Assembly (NCBI GenBank): GCA_017472695.1
Contig: JAFUOQ010000016.1
Location: forward strand, 25,944-89,943
Origin: Clostridia bacterium
GTDB taxonomy: Bacteria > Bacillota > Clostridia > Oscillospirales > CAG-272
Direction: 5' to 3'
DNA: 64,000 nucleotides
How positions within the stretch are numbered: position 1 is the first letter of the stretch; every line of letters starts with the position of its first letter. The notes beneath the pieces are model-generated. The model saw only the letters and a list, made by a program, of their open reading frames with translations, was not told the DNA's origin and made no database searches. The translations under genes were made by a program, and so were the position numbers. This document shows, one piece after another, positions 56,774-64,000 of the stretch.

Positions 56774-56882
56774 TTTTACCTCTTTATTTTTTATTGTTTA
56801 TATAATAATATTATCATTAGTAAAATGTTTTGTCAATATAAACATGATTTAAAAAAATACACACCGCGTGGGTGTGTATTTT

Positions 56883-58073
56883 TTATTGGTATATTATGTT
56901 TTTGATTTTTTTCTTTATAAGCCCGTATTTGGAGAGATAATTCCATTTTTTATTAAAAGGAAGACTATCGATTTTTCCTCTGTCTAAAAGGTAAATGCTT
57001 ATCTGGTCATTACAGCCCAAAAACGCATACTCATCAACATCCTTAACGCTCTTGGATATTTTCACATCCGAAAGACGCTTGCAGGTTGCAAATGCTTCCT
57101 TACCTATTTTCTCAACGGTATCTGGAATTGCAATTTGGATAAAGCAATCACAGCTTGCAAAGCTTCGCTCCTCGATTTGCTTTACGCCTCTTGGAATTTC
57201 AAAGGCTTTTAGAATAGTACATCCGTCAAACGCGCCTCTGCCGATTTCATAAACTATATTAGGAACAGCAATTTGAGAAAGGCTTCTGCACGCATAGAAG
57301 GCTTGTACACCTATGCTGGCAACAGTTTTAGGAATATCTACATTCTCAAGCTTTTCACAGCCATAAAACAGCTTGTGGTTTATCGACAAAATTCCATGAG
57401 GAATGGAAGCGTGTGTCAACGAACGGCACATAGCAAATGCTTTTTGACCTATGTTTTTTATATTTTGAGGCAAGGAGATTTCTTTAATTGCGCTTGCATA
57501 AAATGCACCGTCGCCTATATTAACCACTCCCTCGGGAATAGTTATTCTTTCAAGGGATTTTGCATTTTCAAATGCTCTTTTGCCTATGGTACAAACCGAC
57601 TGGGGAATTGTGTATTCCGTTTTTGCACCTTGACCATAACGAATTATAGTATACATATTTTTATCAAAGAGCGAGCCCTCGTGGCTTTTGAAAACGAAGT
57701 TCGCCTTATCGACCTCAATATGCTCAATTTTTGCACCACGGAATGCATCTGGACTGATTTTTGAAACAGTATCGGAAATAACCAGCTCGGCAATTTCAGC
57801 ATGGGCAAATGCGTTTGCTTGAATCTCACGCACACCCTCTGAAATTACAACTCTGATTTTATCTCCATATCCTGCCTTCAAGCCAAAAAATGCTTTTTCC
57901 TTTATTACTGTAACTCCTCTCGGAACAGTAATAACAAAAGGAATTTTCCCGCGTGTGACCGGATATTTTTGCCACCAGTGGGTGTGCTTGCTTGTTAAGA
58001 CAAACTCACAAAGCTCGTCCCTTTTGATGACAAAATACTTTTTGTCTATGGGGTCGTTATACTGTATTTTCAT
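56883..58073 (-). CDS. BspA-type leucine-rich-repeat protein without signal peptide
   Basis: 396 aa of LRR_5-like units (IGKRAFENAKSLERITIPEGV...). The start overlaps the prmA stop (TAATG). Confidence 0.75.
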   Translation of the reverse strand: MKIQYNDPIDKKYFVIKRDELCEFVLTSKHTHWWQKYPVTRGKIPFVITVPRGVTVIKEKAFFGLKAGYGDKIRVVISEGVREIQANAFAHAEIAELVISDTVSKISPDAFRGAKIEHIEVDKANFVFKSHEGSLFDKNMYTIIRYGQGAKTEYTIPQSVCTIGKRAFENAKSLERITIPEGVVNIGDGAFYASAIKEISLPQNIKNIGQKAFAMCRSLTHASIPHGILSINHKLFYGCEKLENVDIPKTVASIGVQAFYACRSLSQIAVPNIVYEIGRGAFDGCTILKAFEIPRGVKQIEERSFASCDCFIQIAIPDTVEKIGKEAFATCKRLSDVKISKSVKDVDEYAFLGCNDQISIYLLDRGKIDSLPFNKKWNYLSKYGLIKKKIKNIIYQ

Positions 58074-59002
58074 TATATTTTCCTCATTAGGCTAATAGCA
58101 CACCAGCCGTTTTCGTGTATTTCGTCAATGATTTGGAAATTGTTTTCTTCTATTGATTTATATACATCATTACATCTTTCATCAATAATGCCAGAGATAA
58201 CAAGCACGGTTTTTTCGTGCATAAATTTATCAATGTCAGGAAGAAGTCGAATAATGATGTCCGCCACTATATTCGCTGTGATTACATCATATTTTCCAGC
58301 CTTAACACCCTTTAGTAGGTCGGAAACTCCACACTCAATATTGCTAACAGCGTTGTCCTTGACATTTTCTCTTGCTACCTTTACGGCTACAGGGTCGATA
58401 TCATATGCATAGCATTCCTTTGCTCCTAGCTTTGATGCGCAGATTGCTAAAATTCCGCTACCACATCCTACGTCGAGCATTTTTGAATCGCTATTTACAT
58501 ATTTTTCAAGAAGCGTTGCGCAAAGACGAGTTGTTTCGTGAGTGCCTGTGCCAAATGCCATACCGGGGTCCATCTTAACAATAACCTCATTGGCATTTGC
58601 ATCGTATTTTTCCCACATAGGAACAACAACCAAGCGCTCGCCTATTTTGATAGGCTTATAGTATTGTTTCCAAGAGTCTGCCCAGTCCTCCTCGCACAAG
58701 GAGATTAGCTCAATGCTTGCATCAACTCCAAGCGATGCCAAGCGCTCTTTGATAAATGCGGTATGGTCAGTTACAGGCTTATCTGCTGAAACATATGCAG
58801 AAACAGAAACTATGGTTTTATCTGCGTTTAAAACACTTTCGTCAATTAAATCTCCATACACTCCGTCGAGTATTCTTTCCTCAAGGTCGGAGTAGTCCTC
58901 AATTTGAAGACCATTTGAAATCATACTCATAACTGCGGTAAGCGAATCTAGGTTTTCTGTCTTTGAGGTAACCTTAATTTGAATCCATTTATTGTCTTCC
59001 AT
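58073..59002 (-). CDS. prmA: Ribosomal protein L11 methyltransferase
   Basis: 309 aa with SAM-binding LDVGCGSGILAI and PrmA-typical GMAFGTGTHETT. Confidence 0.93.
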   Translation of the reverse strand: MEDNKWIQIKVTSKTENLDSLTAVMSMISNGLQIEDYSDLEERILDGVYGDLIDESVLNADKTIVSVSAYVSADKPVTDHTAFIKERLASLGVDASIELISLCEEDWADSWKQYYKPIKIGERLVVVPMWEKYDANANEVIVKMDPGMAFGTGTHETTRLCATLLEKYVNSDSKMLDVGCGSGILAICASKLGAKECYAYDIDPVAVKVARENVKDNAVSNIECGVSDLLKGVKAGKYDVITANIVADIIIRLLPDIDKFMHEKTVLVISGIIDERCNDVYKSIEENNFQIIDEIHENGWCAISLMRKI

Positions 59003-59010
59003 ATCGCACC

Positions 59011-60135
59011 TTACTTTCTGAATTTCTTAAAAAATACGCTCTTTTTTGAAAAGTTCTTTTCTTGACAGCTTTCTGCAAATTGGCGCATAAGCTTCTTTTG
59101 CTCATTGTTCAAGCCCTTTGGAGTTTCAACAACAACCTTTACATATAGGTTGCCCTTGCCTTTAGAGTTGAGCATTGTAATGCCCTTTTGCTTAATTGTA
59201 AAGACTGTGCCTGTTTGTGTGCCCTCTGGAATAGCTAAATCAACCTCGCCCTCAAGGGTAGGTATTTTTATTTCTGCACCGAGTGCAGCATCTGCAAATG
59301 TGATAGGAACATCACAGTATAAATCATAGCCATCGCGCTCAAATACTGCATGAGGACGAACATTAACTTGGATTATCAAGTCACCTGGGTAGCCACCATT
59401 TTTGCCCTCGTGTCCTTGACCGCGAAGTACAACTCTTTGTCCGTCGTCAATTCCTGCCGGGATTGAAACGTCTAGCTTTTTGCTAACTCTTACAAGTCCC
59501 TTGCCCTTACAGTTTGTACAAGGCTTTCTGATTATCTTTCCTGTACCGTTACACTCTGGGCATTGGCGAGAGGTTTGAGTCATACCAAAAATAGTTCTTT
59601 GTTGAACTGTTATAGTACCTCTACCACCGCACTTGCTACATTTATCTATAGGTGTACCCTTTTGTGCGCCGGAGCCTGCGCATTCTCCACACTTTTGAAT
59701 TTTTGGGAAATTAATTTCCTCCTTACAGCCGAAAACAGCCTCCTCAAAGGAAATTGATATTCTAACTGTTATATCGTCACCATCTATTGGCGCATTTGAA
59801 CGATTGGCGCGCGAAGAGCCACCGCCGAAAATAGATGAGAAAATGTCGTTCATATCAAAGCCGTCAAAGCCACCAAAGCCACTAGCTCCATAGCCACCTG
59901 CGCTTGGGTCAAATGCTGCGTGACCAAATTGGTCATATTTTGCCTTCTTTTCTTCGTCGGAAAGAACAGAATATGCCTCATTTACCTCCTTGAACTTTTG
60001 CTCTGCCTCGGCGTTGCCTGGATTCATATCGGGGTGGTATTGCTTTGCCATTTTTCGATAGGCTTTTTTTATTTCATCTTGGCTTGCACCTTTGTCAACA
60101 CCAAGGATTTCATAATAATCTCTTTTGTCTGCCAT
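59011..60135 (-). CDS. dnaJ: Molecular chaperone DnaJ
   Basis: J domain with HPD (KQYHPDMNP), G/F-rich region, four CxxCxGxG zinc-finger repeats. Confidence 0.96.
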   Translation of the reverse strand: MADKRDYYEILGVDKGASQDEIKKAYRKMAKQYHPDMNPGNAEAEQKFKEVNEAYSVLSDEEKKAKYDQFGHAAFDPSAGGYGASGFGGFDGFDMNDIFSSIFGGGSSRANRSNAPIDGDDITVRISISFEEAVFGCKEEINFPKIQKCGECAGSGAQKGTPIDKCSKCGGRGTITVQQRTIFGMTQTSRQCPECNGTGKIIRKPCTNCKGKGLVRVSKKLDVSIPAGIDDGQRVVLRGQGHEGKNGGYPGDLIIQVNVRPHAVFERDGYDLYCDVPITFADAALGAEIKIPTLEGEVDLAIPEGTQTGTVFTIKQKGITMLNSKGKGNLYVKVVVETPKGLNNEQKKLMRQFAESCQEKNFSKKSVFFKKFRK

Positions 60136-60220
60136 CTTAAACCCAATCTAACAAAATTTTAATGTTTGTTTTGTAAAATTTACTTTTTATATGTTTAAAA
60201 ATTTGTTTATATACCCACTT

Positions 60221-60246
60221 GGGACTGCCGAAAAATCGGCAGTCCC
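60221..60246 (-). terminator. Hairpin between dnaK and dnaJ (possible attenuator/processing site)
   Basis: Stem gggactgccg / cggcagtccc with an A/T loop, in the 143-nt dnaK-dnaJ spacer. The weak T-tract makes it a partial terminator at best. Confidence 0.4.
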
Positions 60247-60278
60247 CTGTGGTTTTGAAGAAAGTCATTAGTTATGAC

Positions 60279-62111
60279 TTATTTATCTGTTTTGTCCTCA
60301 AAGTCAGCGTTGTAATATGTGCCGTCACCACCAGCCTCGCCACCTTGAGCTGCACCCTCTGCACCTTGTTGTGCTTGTGCTTCTTTATATAGCTTTTCGC
60401 TTATAGCATAGAAGGATTTTTCAAGTGCCTCTGTATCTCTCTTGATAGCCTCTGTATCGTTGCCCTTTACAGTTTCCTTTAGCTTATCAATAGCGCCTTG
60501 AACCTCTGCCTTTTCACTATCTGTAACCTTATCTCCTAGGTCTGCAAGTGTCTTTTCGCTTTGGAAAATCATATGCTCTGCACGGTTCTTTGTTTCAACC
60601 GCTTCCTTAGCCTTTTTATCTTCATCTGCGTACTTTTCCGCTTCCTTAACTGCGCGGTCAATATCCTCGTTGCTCATATTTGTTGATGAGGTGATAGTGA
60701 TGTGTTGCTCCTTGCCTGTGCCCTTATCCTTTGCGCTTACATTTACAATACCGTTTGCGTCAATATCAAATGTAACCTCGATTTGTGGAATTCCACGTGG
60801 AGCTGGAGCAATGCCATCGAGTGAGAATAGACCAAGAGTCTTATTTCCTGATGCCATTTCTCTTTCACCTTGTAGAACATGAATTTGAACTGATGTTTGG
60901 CTGTCTGCTGCAGTTGAGAATACTTGGCTTCTCTTTGTAGGAATTGTTGTGTTTCTCTCGATAATCTTTGTGCAAACACCACCGAGAGTTTCAATACCGA
61001 GTGAAAGTGGAGTTACGTCCAGGAGGAGGATATCCTTTGCCTCTCCGCCAAGAACACCGCCTTGAATTGCAGCACCCATAGCAACACATTCATCTGGGTT
61101 GATGCCCTTGAATGGCTCCTTACCAATAAATTTCTTAAGTGCCTCTTGAACAGCTGGGATTCTTGAAGAACCACCAACCAAGATAACCTTGTTGATTTCA
61201 GATGTTGAGAGCTTTGCATCCTTGAGTGCTTGCTTTGTAGGAATCATAGTAGCCTCTACAAGGTCAGCTGTTAGCTCGTCAAATTTTGCTCTTGAAAGGT
61301 CTGCATCAAAGTGCTTTGGACCTGTTGCATCAGCTGTAATGAATGGAAGGTTGATATTAGTTGTTGTAACACCCGAAAGCTCAATCTTTGCCTTTTCAGC
61401 AGCTTCCTTTAATCTTTGGTGAGCCATATTATCAAGACGAAGGTCAATGCCGTACTCTGCCTTGAATTGGTTTGCAATCCAGTCAATAATCTTCTTATCG
61501 AAGTCGTCACCGCCTAGACGATTGTTACCAGCTGTTGCTAAAACCTCAACAACACCGTCACCTGTGATATCAAGGATAGATACATCAAATGTACCACCAC
61601 CAAGGTCGAATACCATTATCTTTTGGTCCTCTTCCTTATCCATACCGAATGCAAGTGCTGCCGCTGTTGGCTCGTTGATAATTCTCTTAACCTCAAGGCC
61701 TGCAATTTTACCTGCGTCCTTTGTTGCTTGTCTTTGAGCATCACTGAAGTAAGCAGGAACAGTGATAACTGCCTCTGTTACTGTTGTGCCAAGATAAGCC
61801 TCTGCATCCGCCTTCAATTTTTGAAGAATCATAGCAGAAATCTCTTGAGGAGTGTATGATTTTGAGTCAATTGTTACCTTGTGGTTAGTGCCCATTTCTC
61901 TCTTAATTGAGCTTACGGTTCTTTCAGGGTTTGTGATAGCTTGACGCTTAGCAACCTGACCAACCAAACGCTCTCCTGTTTTAGTAAATGCTACAACAGA
62001 TGGTGTTGTTCTTGCTCCTTCTGGATTTGGTATTACGACAGGCTCGCCACCTTCAAATACCGCTACGCAAGAGTTTGTTGTACCTAAGTCTATTCCTATA
62101 ATCTTTCCCAT
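60279..62111 (-). CDS. dnaK: Molecular chaperone DnaK (Hsp70)
   Basis: 610 aa with [17 protein letters not shown] and [11 protein letters not shown] signatures. Confidence 0.97.
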   Translation of the reverse strand: MGKIIGIDLGTTNSCVAVFEGGEPVVIPNPEGARTTPSVVAFTKTGERLVGQVAKRQAITNPERTVSSIKREMGTNHKVTIDSKSYTPQEISAMILQKLKADAEAYLGTTVTEAVITVPAYFSDAQRQATKDAGKIAGLEVKRIINEPTAAALAFGMDKEEDQKIMVFDLGGGTFDVSILDITGDGVVEVLATAGNNRLGGDDFDKKIIDWIANQFKAEYGIDLRLDNMAHQRLKEAAEKAKIELSGVTTTNINLPFITADATGPKHFDADLSRAKFDELTADLVEATMIPTKQALKDAKLSTSEINKVILVGGSSRIPAVQEALKKFIGKEPFKGINPDECVAMGAAIQGGVLGGEAKDILLLDVTPLSLGIETLGGVCTKIIERNTTIPTKRSQVFSTAADSQTSVQIHVLQGEREMASGNKTLGLFSLDGIAPAPRGIPQIEVTFDIDANGIVNVSAKDKGTGKEQHITITSSTNMSNEDIDRAVKEAEKYADEDKKAKEAVETKNRAEHMIFQSEKTLADLGDKVTDSEKAEVQGAIDKLKETVKGNDTEAIKRDTEALEKSFYAISEKLYKEAQAQQGAEGAAQGGEAGGDGTYYNADFEDKTDK

Positions 62112-62203
62112 TTTAATTTTCCTCCATATGAGTTATTTATTTTTCGCCTTACCCTTTCGGGAATTAGCGCTTTTTACTATTTAATTTGCGTTAAGTCGCC
62201 ACT

Positions 62204-62728
62204 TTAGTTTGCAACCTTTACCATTGCATACCTAACCACTCTTTCGCCAAGGATATATCCCTTTTGGAAAACCTCAACAATTGTGCCCTCGCTGAGTGCT
62301 TCGTCGTCTATATGCATCACTGCATTGTGAAGATTTGGATCAAAGGTCTTTGTTTCGATTTCCTTGACACCCATTTTTTCAAGGGTTGTATGAACTGATG
62401 AAATAATTAGCTCCATTCCCTTTTTTGTGTCTTCGTCATTTGCATATTCAAGAGCTCTTTCAATGTTATCAACAACTGGTAATAGCTGTTTAACTGCGTC
62501 TAAATACGCATCTTGATAAATTGAATCGCGCTCCTTCAAGGTTCTTTTGCGGAAGTTGTCATATTCTGCAATGATTCTTAAATACTTATCTGTTGCATCG
62601 GCACTTCTTGCCTCTGCCTCTGCAAGCTTATCCTCGCATTTTTTAATTTCTGCGTCCTTTGATAAGCATTCACTGCATTGGTTTTCAGTTTCTTGCTCGT
62701 TTGCTTCTGCTTTTACGTTTTTCTTCAT
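62204..62728 (-). CDS. grpE: Nucleotide exchange factor GrpE
   Basis: 174 aa. YLRIIAEYDNFRKR and the C-terminal beta domain (GYILGERVVRYAMV). Confidence 0.93.
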   Translation of the reverse strand: MKKNVKAEANEQETENQCSECLSKDAEIKKCEDKLAEAEARSADATDKYLRIIAEYDNFRKRTLKERDSIYQDAYLDAVKQLLPVVDNIERALEYANDEDTKKGMELIISSVHTTLEKMGVKEIETKTFDPNLHNAVMHIDDEALSEGTIVEVFQKGYILGERVVRYAMVKVAN

Positions 62729-62733
62729 TATAT

Positions 62734-63840
62734 TTATTCATCACTTTCTTCGTTTTTAGCGCTAGGCAATGCGTTCAAGTCAGATAGCTTGCTTATCTCC
62801 TCGGAAAGCTGGTCAATGGTTGAAAGAACCTTTGAATAGTCCATTCTGCAAGGACCAATTATTCCAATTGCGCCTATTGTTTTGCCATTTAGCTTCAGGT
62901 TTTTATAAATAAGAGTTGAGTCATCCATTATCTTTACCATATTTTCAGAGCCGATAAATATTTTTGTATCGTCATCGCTTTGGTCGATTGTGCTGACTGC
63001 TCTTATAATGTCTTCCTTATTCTCTATTGTAGAAATCATTTTTTGAAGCTTGTCGAGGTTTTTGTATTCGGGATATTCAAGAAGCCTATTAACACCCTCA
63101 AATTTAATTTCAGAGCCAAGCTCATTCATTGTTTCATAAATACTCTTAACCGTGCTTGACACAAGCTCCTCTGCTATTTGGTCATCAGAGCCAATAAGCT
63201 CCTTTAGCTGTGCGTTCATTGACATCATAAGATGTATATTTATGCCGTCAACATTAACGCCAGAAAGGTTGAGATTTAATACCTTTGAAAGCGCAGATAC
63301 ATCCTCTGGAGTTATCTCAAAGGAGAGGTTAACCCTTTTGGTTTTGACAGCCTCAACACCCTGTGGTATCATTATTATCAAATAAGAACGGGAGTCGATG
63401 TAAACCGTCTCATATTTTTTAATAGTGATGCTCGAGGGACGAGGACGGAGTGACAAAGCCGTATAGTTGGTCATTGCAGATGCAACCTTTGTCGCATTAT
63501 CAAGAATCTTGTCAATCTCGGACATTTTAAAGGAAAGTAGCTTTTTAAGCTCGCCTGCCTCCTTTGTCTTTGTGTCGTATTGAGAAACAAGAGAGTCTAC
63601 ATAAAACCTATATCCAAGCTCGGAAGGAATGCGACCAGCGGAGGTATGTGGCTTTTCAAGATAACCAAGCTCCTCTAGCTCTGCCATTTCATTTCTTATA
63701 GTGGCAGACGAATAAGCAATATCCATCTCTTGAGTCAAATATTTAGAGCCAACAGGCTCGCCAAGCTTAATGTGTGCTTCTATTATAGCCTTTAATATTA
63801 GCTTTTTTCTATCGCTCAAGATTTGCTCATCAAAGCTCAT
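62734..63840 (-). CDS. hrcA: Heat-inducible transcription repressor HrcA
   Basis: 368 aa. N-terminal wHTH (PVGSKYL...SSATIRNEMAELEELGYLEKPHTSAGRIP) typical of HrcA. First gene of the dnaK operon. Confidence 0.94.
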   Translation of the reverse strand: MSFDEQILSDRKKLILKAIIEAHIKLGEPVGSKYLTQEMDIAYSSATIRNEMAELEELGYLEKPHTSAGRIPSELGYRFYVDSLVSQYDTKTKEAGELKKLLSFKMSEIDKILDNATKVASAMTNYTALSLRPRPSSITIKKYETVYIDSRSYLIIMIPQGVEAVKTKRVNLSFEITPEDVSALSKVLNLNLSGVNVDGINIHLMMSMNAQLKELIGSDDQIAEELVSSTVKSIYETMNELGSEIKFEGVNRLLEYPEYKNLDKLQKMISTIENKEDIIRAVSTIDQSDDDTKIFIGSENMVKIMDDSTLIYKNLKLNGKTIGAIGIIGPCRMDYSKVLSTIDQLSEEISKLSDLNALPSAKNEESDE

Positions 63841-63858
63841 TTTCTCGCCTCCTTCTTT

Positions 63859-63885
63859 TTAGCACTCTTTTTTGCCAAGTGCTAA
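63859..63885. promoter_or_regulatory. CIRCE operator (HrcA binding site)
   Basis: TTAGCACTC-N9-AAGTGCTAA (consensus TTAGCACTC-N9-GAGTGCTAA), between the promoter -10 and the hrcA SD. Confidence 0.9.
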
Positions 63886-63896
63886 ACTCTATGAAT

Positions 63897-63925
63897 AATA
63901 TATCACCTATTTATTGCTTTGTCAA
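63897..63925 (-). promoter_or_regulatory. Sigma-A promoter of the hrcA-grpE-dnaK operon
   Basis: On the minus strand: TTGACA (63925-63920), 17-nt spacer, TATATT (63902-63897). Confidence 0.7.
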
Positions 63926-63954
63926 TACCTTTTTAAAATATTTTTTCAACTTTT

Positions 63955-63981
63955 TTAGCAAACCTTGCTTGAAAGTGCTTA
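63955..63981. promoter_or_regulatory. Second, degenerate CIRCE-like inverted repeat upstream of the -35
   Basis: TTAGCAAAC-N9-AAGTGCTTA. 14 of 18 arm positions match the CIRCE consensus. Confidence 0.5.
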
Positions 63982-64000
63982 AATGCTAATTTCTGCAAAA

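Noticed and set aside
1-64000. Scanned for tRNA, rRNA, tmRNA, CRISPR arrays, transposase/integrase and reverse-transcriptase genes
   Set aside because: None recognised: no T-arm GGTTCGAATCC-type motif in intergenic regions, no ORF with DDE, tyrosine- or serine-recombinase or RT motifs. This is an eye scan, so short or degenerate examples could have been missed.

Overview
Low-GC Firmicutes (Clostridia-like) chromosomal segment, transcribed almost entirely from the minus strand. Core genes I can recognise: cmk, an ABC-F ATPase, nnr, ptsH-ptsI plus an EIIA(Glc), tpiA-pgk, uppP, a class-A RNase P RNA, an amino-acid ABC transporter, greA-lysS, and hrcA-grpE-dnaK-dnaJ-prmA-(LRR gene)-rsmE with CIRCE operators. 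No rRNA, tRNA or CRISPR array was found by eye. The main accessory finding is the 35.0-51.4 kb region. It is partitioned by three direct copies of the last ~30 nt of lysS plus the lysS terminator, each with related flanking arms carrying short direct repeats. I read this as two tandem islands without an integrase, accreted at the lysS 3' end. The lysS-proximal island (39.2-51.4 kb) has an AT-rich half and carries a class II Fic protein, a 1179-aa BspA-type LRR lipoprotein, and a translationally coupled pair of orphan genes: a 377-aa protein ending in an XRE helix-turn-helix, then a ~1232-aa protein with no motif I can name. That pair has its own strong promoter and terminator and is my best candidate for an undescribed defence or abortive-infection module. 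Other items: a family of structured inverted-repeat elements found with a DUF559 endonuclease cargo, empty, and as a solo arm, showing compensatory hairpin changes; a convergent array of AATATCACT 9-mers; a MazF toxin with no room for an antitoxin gene; an NCS2 permease broken by an internal deletion; a ~35-40 aa insertion in Pgk; and several candidate regulatory structures. All functional calls come from reading the translated ORFs and the DNA by eye. No database search was run.
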